A stretch of DNA of 64,000 nt from an uncultured Actinomycetota bacterium (lineage in GTDB: Bacteria > Actinomycetota > Acidimicrobiia > Spongiisociales > UBA4744), in contig CAVQSB010000014.1 of NCBI GenBank assembly GCA_963715305.1, forward strand, positions 2,994 to 66,993, given 5' to 3'. A model generated the notes under the pieces. That model was not told where the DNA came from. It saw nothing but the letters and a program-made list of their open reading frames with translations, and searched no databases. Positions 35,420-44,464 of the stretch are shown here, in pieces (positions within the stretch are counted from its first letter, which is position 1; every line of letters starts with the position of its first letter). The translations under genes and the position numbers were made by a program.

Positions 35420-35541
35420 CGATCGTTCCGGGCCGGTCGTATGGGGCGATGGGGGGGCTTCGAACGGTTCTACCCTCAGCCGTCCTCAGAGCTTCCGTAC
35501 CGCTACGCTCGTCGAGTCAAAGGGGTGCCGACACGAGCCTG

Positions 35542-36897
35542 ATGAATGACCGACCGGAGACGAAGTACGCCGATACTGGTGAGGGCCAGATCGCCTATCA
35601 GCAGTTTGGAACGGGTCCACCCGACCTGATCTACATGACCTCGCTCGAGTCGCACGCCGAGATGATCTGGGACCACCCGATCCCCGCTCACTATTTCGAA
35701 CGGCTGGCCTCATTCAGCCGCGTGCTCTACTTCGATACTCGTGGGTCCGGAGGTTCCGACGGCGTGGCCTTGGGGAAGCCCCCAACCCCCGAGATGTGGA
35801 CCGACGACGCACGGGTCGTGATGGACGCCGCGGCAGTTGAGCGGGCGGCGGTCGTGGCCGAAGTCGAAGGCGGCTTCATGGGCATGACGTTCGCCGCGAT
35901 ACACCCGGAAAGGACCACGGCCTTGGTGCTGATCAACACCTTCGCCAGGCTGATGCGGGCGGACGATTATCCAATCGGCATGCCTGAACAAACTGCCGAT
36001 GTGGTCGTGCAGTGGGCTCGGGCATCGTGGGGTCGGCCCGGATACTTCGATGTCATGCTCCCCAGCAGGAAAGACGATTCCGGATTCCAGGAATGGCTGG
36101 CAAGGTATCAGCGGATCGCCGCCACACCGAACACGGCCATCACGATCTACGAGAACTTTGGCATGCGGGTGGATCTCCGCTCGATTCTCAGCTCGATCAA
36201 CGTCCCGACTTTGGTGATCTGCCGCAAGGAAGCAGCCTGGCACCGGCCCGAGTACAGCCGGTATCTGGCAGAAAACATACCCGGCGCCAAGCTCGTCGAG
36301 CTGCCGGGCGCCGACACCCATCCGGTGTTCGCCGCCGACCCTGAACCCGTGCTGAATGAGATCGAGGAGTTCATCACCGGGGTACGTTCGACGCCGGTAC
36401 CCGATCGGACCCTGGCTACGGTGATGTTCACGGACATCGTCGACTCAACCCAGCATGCGGCCCGACTCGGCGATCGTGATTGGCTCGACCTGTTGGAACG
36501 ACACCACCGGATGACCCGAGACTATCTCGACAGGTATCGGGGCCGGGAGATCAAGACGACCGGAGACGGAATCCTGGCGACCTTCGACGGCCCGACCAGG
36601 GCGGTGACGTGCGCGGCCCATGTTCGGACGGCCAGCCAGGCATCGGGAATAGACATCAGGGTCGGGTTGCACACTGGAGAGATCGAACTGAGTGGAGACG
36701 ACATTGGCGGAATGGCCGTCAATATTGCCTCACGGGTGATGGCCGTGAACGCCGGAGGCGGTGTGGCAGCATCGAGCACAGTCCGTGATCTCGTGGTCGG
36801 ATCAGGAATCGAGTTCAACGCGATTGGCGCGAGAGAGATGAAGGGCGTGCCCGGCGAATGGAACCTGTTCGAGCTGGTCTCCATTCCATCGGTCTAG
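35542..36897 (+). CDS. Alpha/beta hydrolase-fold + class III cyclase (LipJ-like)
   Basis: IAYQ.FG, FD.RG.G.SD, then ATVMFTDIVDST, TGDGILATFDGP, R.GLHTGE, AVNIASRV. Confidence 0.9.
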   Translation: MNDRPETKYADTGEGQIAYQQFGTGPPDLIYMTSLESHAEMIWDHPIPAHYFERLASFSRVLYFDTRGSGGSDGVALGKPPTPEMWTDDARVVMDAAAVERAAVVAEVEGGFMGMTFAAIHPERTTALVLINTFARLMRADDYPIGMPEQTADVVVQWARASWGRPGYFDVMLPSRKDDSGFQEWLARYQRIAATPNTAITIYENFGMRVDLRSILSSINVPTLVICRKEAAWHRPEYSRYLAENIPGAKLVELPGADTHPVFAADPEPVLNEIEEFITGVRSTPVPDRTLATVMFTDIVDSTQHAARLGDRDWLDLLERHHRMTRDYLDRYRGREIKTTGDGILATFDGPTRAVTCAAHVRTASQASGIDIRVGLHTGEIELSGDDIGGMAVNIASRVMAVNAGGGVAASSTVRDLVVGSGIEFNAIGAREMKGVPGEWNLFELVSIPSV

Positions 36898-36999
36898 CGC
36901 ATCACAGCGCCTGGCGGCCCGTTGTCACCGCGTCCAGTCTGCTGTCGCGAAACCCTCCGACATCTGCTTGGCTTGAAGTCCAATCGAATGGAGAACCCG

Positions 37000-37428
37000 A
37001 TGGCGGCAACGGACCGCAAGAAGATGCGCTTGATGTGGAAGGCACACAAGCTGGCCTGGAATCTGTCCGGCGGGCGTCTGGGCCGCACCATGGGTGGTGT
37101 CCCGGTGCTGGAGCTGGTGACGACCGGTCATCGTTCAGGGCTGGAACGCCAGATCCTGATCTGGTACTTCGACTTCCCGGAAGGTCCGGCCATCATCGGC
37201 ACCAACGCCGGTCTCGATACCGATCCGGCCTGGGTGAAGAACCTGCGAGCGAATCCCCTGGCCCGGGCCCGTTGGGATGGGCAGTGGCACGACGTTCGGG
37301 CGGTCGAGTTGAGCGGAGCCGATCACGAGAAGGTCTGGAACACCGGGGTCGCGGCAAGTGCCGGCTATGCGGAATACAAGGAGACGCTGACCCGCCCGAT
37401 CCCCATCATCCGTCTCGAGCCCCGCTGA
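37000..37428 (+). CDS. Deazaflavin-dependent nitroreductase family (Ddn)
   Basis: TTGHRSG..R, NAG..DPAWVKNLRANP, Y....RPIPIIRL. Confidence 0.82.
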   Translation: MAATDRKKMRLMWKAHKLAWNLSGGRLGRTMGGVPVLELVTTGHRSGLERQILIWYFDFPEGPAIIGTNAGLDTDPAWVKNLRANPLARARWDGQWHDVRAVELSGADHEKVWNTGVAASAGYAEYKETLTRPIPIIRLEPR

Positions 37429-37431
37429 CCG

Positions 37432-38457
37432 TCAGTCGAAAAGGGCGAACTCGCCGGCGGACCGCCCTTCGAGCGGCACGTAGGCGGGGACCGCATGGTG
37501 CGGGGTGTCGAGGTACACCTTCGCTTCTGGAGCCTGGGCGAACTTGCCGTGACTCCACCGCACTTCGATATGCCCGGTCACGGTTGAAGTAGCCCCCGAA
37601 TGCTGGTCGACGTACGTCGCCTCCCATCCGACAATGGGTTGGCCGCGGTCCGGTTCGGCCCGGTGCCGGAAGGAGACAAACCGGTGCGAGACCCGCAGAT
37701 CCCAGGGGGTCTGCACCCGATAGGCCAAAGGATGACCCTCGGCCGACTCGCCCAGAACGAAGTAAGGAGCCGATTGCAGCCGCAAGAGGCGCCACATCAT
37801 TTCTTCCTGCGACCGTTTGGTCCTCAGGTACGAGTCCCAGCGGTTGGACGAACCGGCGGCGGCGTCGAAGGCGAATTGACGGTAAGCCCGTTTGGCGTTG
37901 TCGGTGAGGCTCCTGGGCAGTGCCTTCTTGAGGAGCAGGCGGTGGTCGCTGGTCAGGTCGGTGGCCCGATCCGGCAGGGAGGCTTCGGGGAGTAGCCGCC
38001 GGCATTCGTCGTAGAGCACCTGATACGACTCCGGGGCAACCGCGTGGAACCAGTCCTCCGCGCTGCTGGCCGGGTCGAACAGGTTGGCCGGCGAAGCGTT
38101 GGTGAGGATGTTCGACCCGTACTTGCAGGACACCAGGTAGACGTGGTCGACCCGAAGATCGGCGGGGATCTGCTCGTATCCGGGCGGACGGTGGGCGCCT
38201 TTCCATTCGACGATCCAGGGCGGCCGGCCGCGCAAGCCTTCCTCCGATCGGGCGAACCGCACCCCGTTGCTCCAGGCGGTGGTGAAGGCCCGGCTGTGCT
38301 CTCCGGACCGGTAGGCGGCCACCAACCGGTCGTAGACATCGTCGTCGACGTTGTGGAATCCGGGCGGTCGCATCCCGATGGCGTGCTCGAGGTTGGAGTA
38401 CCCGAACATGCCCAACCCGGTCACGATTTCGGTGATCTCAGTCCGGATGGCGGGCAC
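37432..38457 (-). CDS. Putative PD-(D/E)xK restriction-endonuclease-like protein
   Basis: 341 aa; PADLRVD..YLVSCK resembles the PD..SxK variant; last gene of a tightly coupled operon with a DNA MTase. Confidence 0.5.
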   Translation of the reverse strand: MPAIRTEITEIVTGLGMFGYSNLEHAIGMRPPGFHNVDDDVYDRLVAAYRSGEHSRAFTTAWSNGVRFARSEEGLRGRPPWIVEWKGAHRPPGYEQIPADLRVDHVYLVSCKYGSNILTNASPANLFDPASSAEDWFHAVAPESYQVLYDECRRLLPEASLPDRATDLTSDHRLLLKKALPRSLTDNAKRAYRQFAFDAAAGSSNRWDSYLRTKRSQEEMMWRLLRLQSAPYFVLGESAEGHPLAYRVQTPWDLRVSHRFVSFRHRAEPDRGQPIVGWEATYVDQHSGATSTVTGHIEVRWSHGKFAQAPEAKVYLDTPHHAVPAYVPLEGRSAGEFALFD

Positions 38458-38459
38458 GG

Positions 38460-38780
38460 CTAGGCGTCCCGGAACAGCCGCTTGAATTGGAGCTGCGCAC
38501 CGATCAGCTCGCCGGGGAGTTCGTCCCGCCCGTAGACCGGCAGGAAGGTATACACGTCGACGGCCACCCCGGACAGTTCCATCCAGGTCACCACGGCATC
38601 ACCCCACCGTTCGTCGAGCAGCGCTTTTCGTAACTCGTCGGCTCCTTCGCGGGTCAGCAGCGCCGGGTCGGTGTCGGCGACCAGCTCGAGAGCGAGGAGC
38701 CGTTGCAACACATCGATGTCCTCGCCCAGGTAGACCGCCGGAGGGTCGAAGCGCACAACCGCGTACGCGACGCCGTTCAT
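38460..38780 (-). CDS. Hypothetical 106-aa protein in the MTase operon
   Basis: ATGA overlap with the MTase stop; 2-nt gap to the next gene. Confidence 0.65.
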   Translation of the reverse strand: MNGVAYAVVRFDPPAVYLGEDIDVLQRLLALELVADTDPALLTREGADELRKALLDERWGDAVVTWMELSGVAVDVYTFLPVYGRDELPGELIGAQLQFKRLFRDA

Positions 38781-40357
38781 TCTTCAGTGTCGTAGTAACG
38801 GGCGAGTTGTTCGTCGCGGCGGGCGGCCAGCTCTTCTTCCGTCCAGAATCCGGCCAGTTGCTCCGGATTCCCCTGGGCGTAGGCCGCGAGCCGGTTGACG
38901 CCACTCGCATCGAACATCTCGATGGCATCCCACACGTTGCCCGGCCCGACCGCATGGAGCGCTTTGTCGCCGTCGCTGCCAGGACGCGGCAGGTTCGAGG
39001 TCACGATCAGGAGCCGGGCTTCTTCGTCGAGCGACTGCAACACGTGGCCCCGGCCGAGCGTCTTCCAGAGCGTGTCGGTGCGGAGCAGCCCCGGCCGGGC
39101 GGTGGTGAAGGCTCCGGACACATCGACGAGGAACTCGCGGTCGCCCTTGGCATCGACGACCCGGAAGTTGAAGTGCACACCCGATTTGGGCAGCTTGTAC
39201 GCCTCGTCAATCACTTCGAACCCGACTTCCTCGAGTACCTGACGGGCCAGGTCCTGGGCTTTCTTGCCTTCCCGGCTGGCCCGACGCTGGAAATGGTCGG
39301 CCCGCTCTTCGGCAGTGGCTTCCGGGGGAAGTTCCAGAGCGAACCGCTCCTGATGAGCGGTTTCCTGCTCTCGCTGGCGGCGGTAACGCTGTTTCTCGGC
39401 CCGGTAGCGGGCCCGGGCCGTCTCGATGTAGGCGGGGTCGAGGTCGTAACCCACCCCCCGCCGGCCGGTGCGGGCGGCGGCGACCAGGGTCGTGCCCGAA
39501 CCGAGGAACGGATCGAGGATGAGGTCGTTTTCGAAGGTGTACAGCTCGATCAACCGGCGGGGCAGCTCCACCGGGAAGGGAGCCGGATGCTGGACCCTTC
39601 GGGCACTCTCCGCGTCGATACGCCATACGTCGAGAGTGGCTTCCATGAACTCGTCGACCGGCATGGTGTTCTCGAAGGGGTAGCCGTCCTTTTCGCGTTG
39701 CTGGCGGGATCGGGCCCGGTCAAACCGGCCTTTGGAAGCGACGATGACCCGCTCGGTCAGGTCGCGCAGGACCGGGTTGGTCGCCTTGTTGAACGACCCC
39801 CAGGCGACCGAACCGGAGGCCCCTTCGGCTTTCTGCCAGATGATCTCGCCTCGCAGCAGCAGACCCAGGTCGTCCTGCAGGATCCGCATCACGTCGGCGG
39901 AGAGGCTTCGATAGGGTTTGCGACCGAGGTTGGCGACGTTGACGGCGATCCGCCCGCCCGGTTCCAGGGTTCGTTTGCACTCGGAAAACACGTCCCGCAG
40001 CATCTCCAGATACTCGACATACGATCGGGGTATGTGCGGTCCGGCGACCTCGCCTTTCCCTGTAACCGCCTGCTCGTATTCCTTCCCGACAAAGTAGGGA
40101 GGTGAGGTGACAACCAGCGCTACCGATCGATCGGGCACGGCCGTCATGTGGCGAGCGTCGCCGACGATGCAAGGCGGATCGGGCAGTTCGAGGTCGAGCG
40201 GACCGAGCCGATCGTCGTCGGACAGTTCGGGGGGACTGAATCGCGAGTAGAAGGCCGAGGCATCGTGGTTCTCCCGCCGTCCGACCCCAAAAGCGGACGT
40301 CGTGGTACCTCGACCGGCGTCGCGGGCTTCGTCCTGGGGTTCGGTGTTTCCACTCAT
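38777..40357 (-). CDS. Beta-class amino-DNA methyltransferase (N4-C/N6-A) with C-terminal REase-like domain
   Basis: Motif IV VVTSPPY precedes HPAPFP and motif I DPFLGSGTT; about 200-aa extra C-terminus. Confidence 0.88.
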   Translation of the reverse strand: MSGNTEPQDEARDAGRGTTTSAFGVGRRENHDASAFYSRFSPPELSDDDRLGPLDLELPDPPCIVGDARHMTAVPDRSVALVVTSPPYFVGKEYEQAVTGKGEVAGPHIPRSYVEYLEMLRDVFSECKRTLEPGGRIAVNVANLGRKPYRSLSADVMRILQDDLGLLLRGEIIWQKAEGASGSVAWGSFNKATNPVLRDLTERVIVASKGRFDRARSRQQREKDGYPFENTMPVDEFMEATLDVWRIDAESARRVQHPAPFPVELPRRLIELYTFENDLILDPFLGSGTTLVAAARTGRRGVGYDLDPAYIETARARYRAEKQRYRRQREQETAHQERFALELPPEATAEERADHFQRRASREGKKAQDLARQVLEEVGFEVIDEAYKLPKSGVHFNFRVVDAKGDREFLVDVSGAFTTARPGLLRTDTLWKTLGRGHVLQSLDEEARLLIVTSNLPRPGSDGDKALHAVGPGNVWDAIEMFDASGVNRLAAYAQGNPEQLAGFWTEEELAARRDEQLARYYDTEE

Positions 40358-40468
40358 CACGCTGAAACCATACAAGCCCGGAGTGACACTTTCCCGGACT
40401 GGGCCGGCGTCGAAAGAACCCCAGGACGAACAACCGGTAGTTTCCAAGTGCGCCCTCAGCGCAGCTCG

Positions 40469-40720
40469 CTAGGTGTGATGACCGGGGACGTTGTCCCTGG
40501 CGGGAAAGCGCCGGTCACCCATCAAGAGCCACACGCCGAAGACCAACCACGGCAATTCGAGGAGATCAGCCCGAAGCGAACCCACCGCTCCGAGACTCGA
40601 CTGCTGGGCGATCTCTGCCACGGCGAAGGTGACAGAGTTCGTGAGCGACGTGGATGACGACTCCCGGCCACAGGCAACGATCCCCTAGACCATCCCGGCG
40701 AAGAACACCTGGTAGGTCTT
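40469..40720 (-). pseudogene. Remnant of a CPBP (CAAX/Abi) intramembrane protease C-terminus
   Basis: YQVFFAGMV*GIVA, then LWPGVVIHVAH in another frame, then LPWLVFGVWLL; stop plus frameshifts. Confidence 0.35.
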
Positions 40721-40751
40721 TCGGCCATCACGGTCGCCGGACTTTCCTCTT

Positions 40752-40894
40752 CCCCCTCCCGCCGGCGGGAGGGGGCCAGGGCGAGGGTGGGGAGCCAGGT
40801 GGTGTTCTCCTCAGGCCTTTCGACTCGGAGCGCCACCACCCTCTCCGCTCCGCCTCCTCCGGGGGCTGCGCTCCTTTCCCGCCGGCGGGCGAGG
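40752..40894. repeat. REP-like intergenic element with two palindromes
   Basis: Perfect 24-bp palindrome ccccctcccgccggcgggaggggg (40752-40775) and a degenerate copy cctttcccgccggcgggcgagg (40873-40894). Confidence 0.65.
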
Positions 40895-40920
40895 CAAACC
40901 ACCGCAGTACGAGCGCAGGT

Positions 40921-41565
40921 TCAGGGGGTGTATTGCTCGCGGACGTAGTCGACGGCACCGTTCTCGATGGTGAGCCACACACCGGGCTGGAAGGAGCGTC
41001 CGGTCCGTCCGGATAGCCAATCGGCGAAGGGGACCATCTCCTCGGTGCTGGGGTCGCTGGGATTGGACATCCAGGTCACGCCGGCATCGGCCGCGACCGT
41101 CAGGGTGCGGATCGTGGTGTTCACGTTGCGGACGTAGTAGTCGTTAGGCGGCGGTGATTCCTCGCCGTCCTCCGCCGCAGCCCGGGCGGCCGGCGCCCCG
41201 GTGAACCAGCAGGCCAGATCGAAACCCAGGGAGCCGGCGGAAGCACTCTGGACGTAACCGAACCATTCCCCATCCGGAAGACCGCTGGTCGCGCCGGGCG
41301 TACAGCCGGAGCCATCGGCCAGGGCGTTGGTGTCCTGCGTCGTGGTCGTGGATGCCATTGTCGTTGAGGTCGAAGCGACGGTCGTGGTGGTCGTAGCCAC
41401 CGTCGTCGTGGTCGCCGACCCGGCCGTCGTTGTAGTGGTCGAAGCGACCGTCGTCGTGGTGGTCGAACTGTCGGCAACGGTGGTCGTCGCGCTCTCATCC
41501 GAGGAGCACCCCGCCGCCAGCACCACAATGCCAACAACCGCAACGAGGCGGACTGCGTGGACCAT
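40921..41565 (-). CDS. Thr-rich lipoprotein, hypothetical
   Basis: Lipobox AAGC, long poly-Thr linker, FDLACWF.G, PPNDYYVRN, ends EQYTP. Confidence 0.7.
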   Translation of the reverse strand: MVHAVRLVAVVGIVVLAAGCSSDESATTTVADSSTTTTTVASTTTTTAGSATTTTVATTTTTVASTSTTMASTTTTQDTNALADGSGCTPGATSGLPDGEWFGYVQSASAGSLGFDLACWFTGAPAARAAAEDGEESPPPNDYYVRNVNTTIRTLTVAADAGVTWMSNPSDPSTEEMVPFADWLSGRTGRSFQPGVWLTIENGAVDYVREQYTP

Positions 41566-41827
41566 CCGCAGTTTGGGGGTCGACGAAAGGAACGAGCCGG
41601 TGCAGCGAGTGTCAGCGATCACAGAGGGCCTCCGCGCCGTAGGTAGTACCGAGCCAATTCCACTGGCTGCTGGGCCGATCCAGACTTCCCCACGATCCGC
41701 AGCGCCGGCACCTCGCCGACCAGTGGTGTTTTCGATAGTACTCCGGGTCTCTGGTCGAATTAGCCCGGAGCGGTGGGAATATGCAGGGTGCCAGTCCCGC
41801 TGAACCGACCCCAGATCAGGAAGACCC

Positions 41828-42848
41828 ATGGAACTAGGAATCACCAGCTTCGCCGAGACCATCCCCGATCCGTCCTCGGGGGCGACGGTCACCCACGGGG
41901 AGCGGCTCCGCCAGGTGCTCGAGGAGATCGACCAGGCTGAATCGGTCGGGCTCGACGTGTACGGACTCGGTGAGCACCACCGCCCCGATTTTGCCTCATC
42001 ATCGCCGGCCACGGTGCTGGCCGCCGCCGCCGGACGGACTTCGCAGAATCCGGCTCTTCCCGGCAGTGTCGATACTCAGCACGGACGACCCGGTGCGGGT
42101 GTTTCAGCAATACGCCACGCTCGACCTGGTTTCGTCGGGGCGGGCCGAGTTGCTGGTCGGGAGGGGTTCGTTCATCGAATCGTTCCCGCTGTTCGGATAC
42201 AACCTCGAGGATTACGACGAGCTCTTCGCCGAGAAGCTCGATCTGCTCCTCCAGATCCGCGACAACGAGCTGGTGACCTGGTCCGGTCGGTTTCGGCCAC
42301 CGATCAACGGCCAGGGCATCTACCCCGCCCCGAGCGACCGCTCCCCATCCGCGTTGGGGTGGGCGGAACTCCCCAGTCGATCGTCCGGGCCGCCACCCGG
42401 GGACTGCCGGTGCGCGCTGGCGATCATCGGCGGCAGCCCGGACCGTTTCAAGGTGCTGGCCGATCTGCATCGCCGCACGCTGGTCGAGTCCGGATACGAC
42501 CCCGCCGAGGTACCGCTCTCGGTACACGCCCACGGCTACATCGCCGACACCATGGAGCAGGCTGCCGAAGAGTTCTACGCGTCGTACGCAACGGCCATGT
42601 CCCGCATCGGTCGGGAACGGGGCTGGGGTCCGATGACAAGAGAGCAGTACAACCTGATGCGCAGCCCGGGCGGCTCCCTCGTGCTGGGCGACCCCGAAAC
42701 TGTGGCGGCCAAGATCCTGCGATGGAAAGAGGTTCTCGGGATCAACCGGTTCGAACTGCACGTCAGCGTCGGGTCACTCCCCCACGACCAGGTGCTCCGC
42801 AACATCGAGCTTCTGGGAACGAAGGTGGCGCCGATGGTGCGAGGCTGA
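41828..42848 (+). CDS. LLM-class flavin-dependent oxidoreductase (frameshifted)
   Basis: GLGEHHRPDF, LSTDDPVRVFQQYATLD, GRGSFIESFPLFG, LAIIGG, ELLGTKVAP. Confidence 0.9.
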
Positions 42849-42882
42849 CGTTTGACCCGCCGGTCTGGTCGGTTTCGTTACC

Positions 42883-43464
42883 TCAGGCGACCGCCAACCG
42901 GACCCAGATGACCCGCTGTTGGGGATGCTGGTAGGGAACCGGACGTTCGAATCTGTGGGCATTACGGAACTCCCAGGCGTAGAGCCGCCCACCTGCGGCG
43001 AAGGCGTCGAGCGAAGCACCGTCGATCCTGTGTTCTTCCTGGTGATCTTTGAGTTCGGCCGTCGTGAAAGGACCGTGCACATCGACGAGCTCGGCCATCC
43101 CGGCAATCGCTCCCGAACCCGCCGGACTCAAACCGACCGGGCCGCGCACCTTGGTGCACAGATGGTTGAGCTCCCAGGTCTTGCGGCCCTCGATAAGCAA
43201 CCACACCCACGGTTCCCGGACCGGCAACGTGTAGTCGAAGGGATAGGTCCAGGAAAACGAAGTTTGGCAGGCGGGGCAGAACCAGGGTTCGGCCGCCGTA
43301 TCGCCGTCCAGGCCGGTGCCGGTGAACTCGATCCGGTCCCGTTCGCACTCATCCGGTGTAAGGGCGGGAGGGCCGATAACCCGGCGACGGACCCGGGTCC
43401 GGTCTCCGCAGCCGGGGCAGGGTGGTATCAGCTCCGGTTCGGGCAGGTAGCGGACCGTCGGCAT
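42883..43464 (-). CDS. Zn-ribbon + ASCH (PUA-like) domain protein
   Basis: CPGC..CPAC, then REPWVWLLIEGRKTWE, RGP, AIAG.AELVD, YAW. Confidence 0.75.
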   Translation of the reverse strand: MPTVRYLPEPELIPPCPGCGDRTRVRRRVIGPPALTPDECERDRIEFTGTGLDGDTAAEPWFCPACQTSFSWTYPFDYTLPVREPWVWLLIEGRKTWELNHLCTKVRGPVGLSPAGSGAIAGMAELVDVHGPFTTAELKDHQEEHRIDGASLDAFAAGGRLYAWEFRNAHRFERPVPYQHPQQRVIWVRLAVA

Positions 43465-43902
43465 GCTGGGCGACCGGACCATTTCTCGCATCTCGCTCCC
43501 GGATGTCACGATTGGCTCGTTCTTGTACTGGCATCGACAAACCGCTCGCGATCTTGAGGAAACAACGAAGTCTTCCGGCAAGACCGACCGGGCCCAGGGC
43601 CGAACGACTCTATTCCCTAGGGCCCTTCCGCATCAGAGCCCCAGTTGGGGATGAGCCGGCTCGAGCCTCGCGTCCCGCAAGCTCGGGCCCGAGCCCTGGG
43701 GATCTCACTTCGAAATCCCCACAATGACTGGCCGGTCGTGGGGGCGGTCGGCGAGACATCCACACTTCCGGCCACCGGGACCATCAGGCCGGAAATTTGG
43801 ACCTGCGTCGGCCGAGGTCGCGCGTGGTCGCCGGTTCGACTTCCCGACTCGCTGTCGATCGCACGCGCCGCCCAGAATCCCCCACTCACGAAGGAGGACA
43901 CC

Positions 43903-44451
43903 TTGAAACGACTCACCACGCTGCTTCTCGCTGTCGCGCTGGTAGCCAGTGCATGTGGCGCGGCGGCCGATGCCGGGGTCGGAGAAACGACCACCACGAC
44001 GGCGGCTGCTACGACCACGACCGAAGCGACCACGACGACAACCAAGGCCACAACCACGACGGCCGCCCCGACGACCACGACCACCGAAGCATCCGGCATC
44101 GTGGAGGGCGAGGATCCTGAAGTGGATGCGATCGTCGTCGCATACACGACTGCTCTCGACAGCGTCACACCGTACGAGGACAAGGCGCCTTACATCGACG
44201 ATCCCGAGGGGCTCGAAGACACCGTTGCGCAGTACCTGTCGACCGGCGAGTCCATGGGCGGCATCGGTGTCGCCGTCTCTGCAGTGGCGATCGACGGAGA
44301 CACGGCGGTCGTCACCTACGACCTGTTGTTCGGTGGCAACCCCACCTATCCGGATCTCAGCGGCGACGCCGTCAAGACGGCCGACGGCTGGAAGATCACG
44401 CGGGCAGGGTTCTGTTCGCTGATGTCTTCGGCCCGGGTCGGATGCCCGTAA
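43903..44451 (+). CDS. Thr-rich lipoprotein with NTF2-like C-terminal domain
   Basis: SD aaggagg, TTG start, lipobox ASAC, GDAV...DGWKITR..FC.L......C. Confidence 0.75.
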   Translation: MKRLTTLLLAVALVASACGAAADAGVGETTTTTAAATTTTEATTTTTKATTTTAAPTTTTTEASGIVEGEDPEVDAIVVAYTTALDSVTPYEDKAPYIDDPEGLEDTVAQYLSTGESMGGIGVAVSAVAIDGDTAVVTYDLLFGGNPTYPDLSGDAVKTADGWKITRAGFCSLMSSARVGCP

Positions 44452-44464
44452 CCGGGAGATCGGC

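Noticed and set aside
40684-40690. In-frame TAG as possible pyrrolysine or readthrough
   Set aside because: It lies in a fragment that is also frameshifted and truncated, and no pyl genes were seen.
41340-41490. Short tandem repeats resembling a CRISPR array or VNTR (also 43985-44085)
   Set aside because: They are Thr codon runs in lipoprotein linkers, with no constant repeat-spacer period and no cas genes.
43560-43900. Cobalamin riboswitch, or a tRNA around ggttcgact at about 43833
   Set aside because: No B12-box or GGGAA..GGTG..AATCC core, and no cloverleaf or acceptor stem could be built around the T-loop-like motif.
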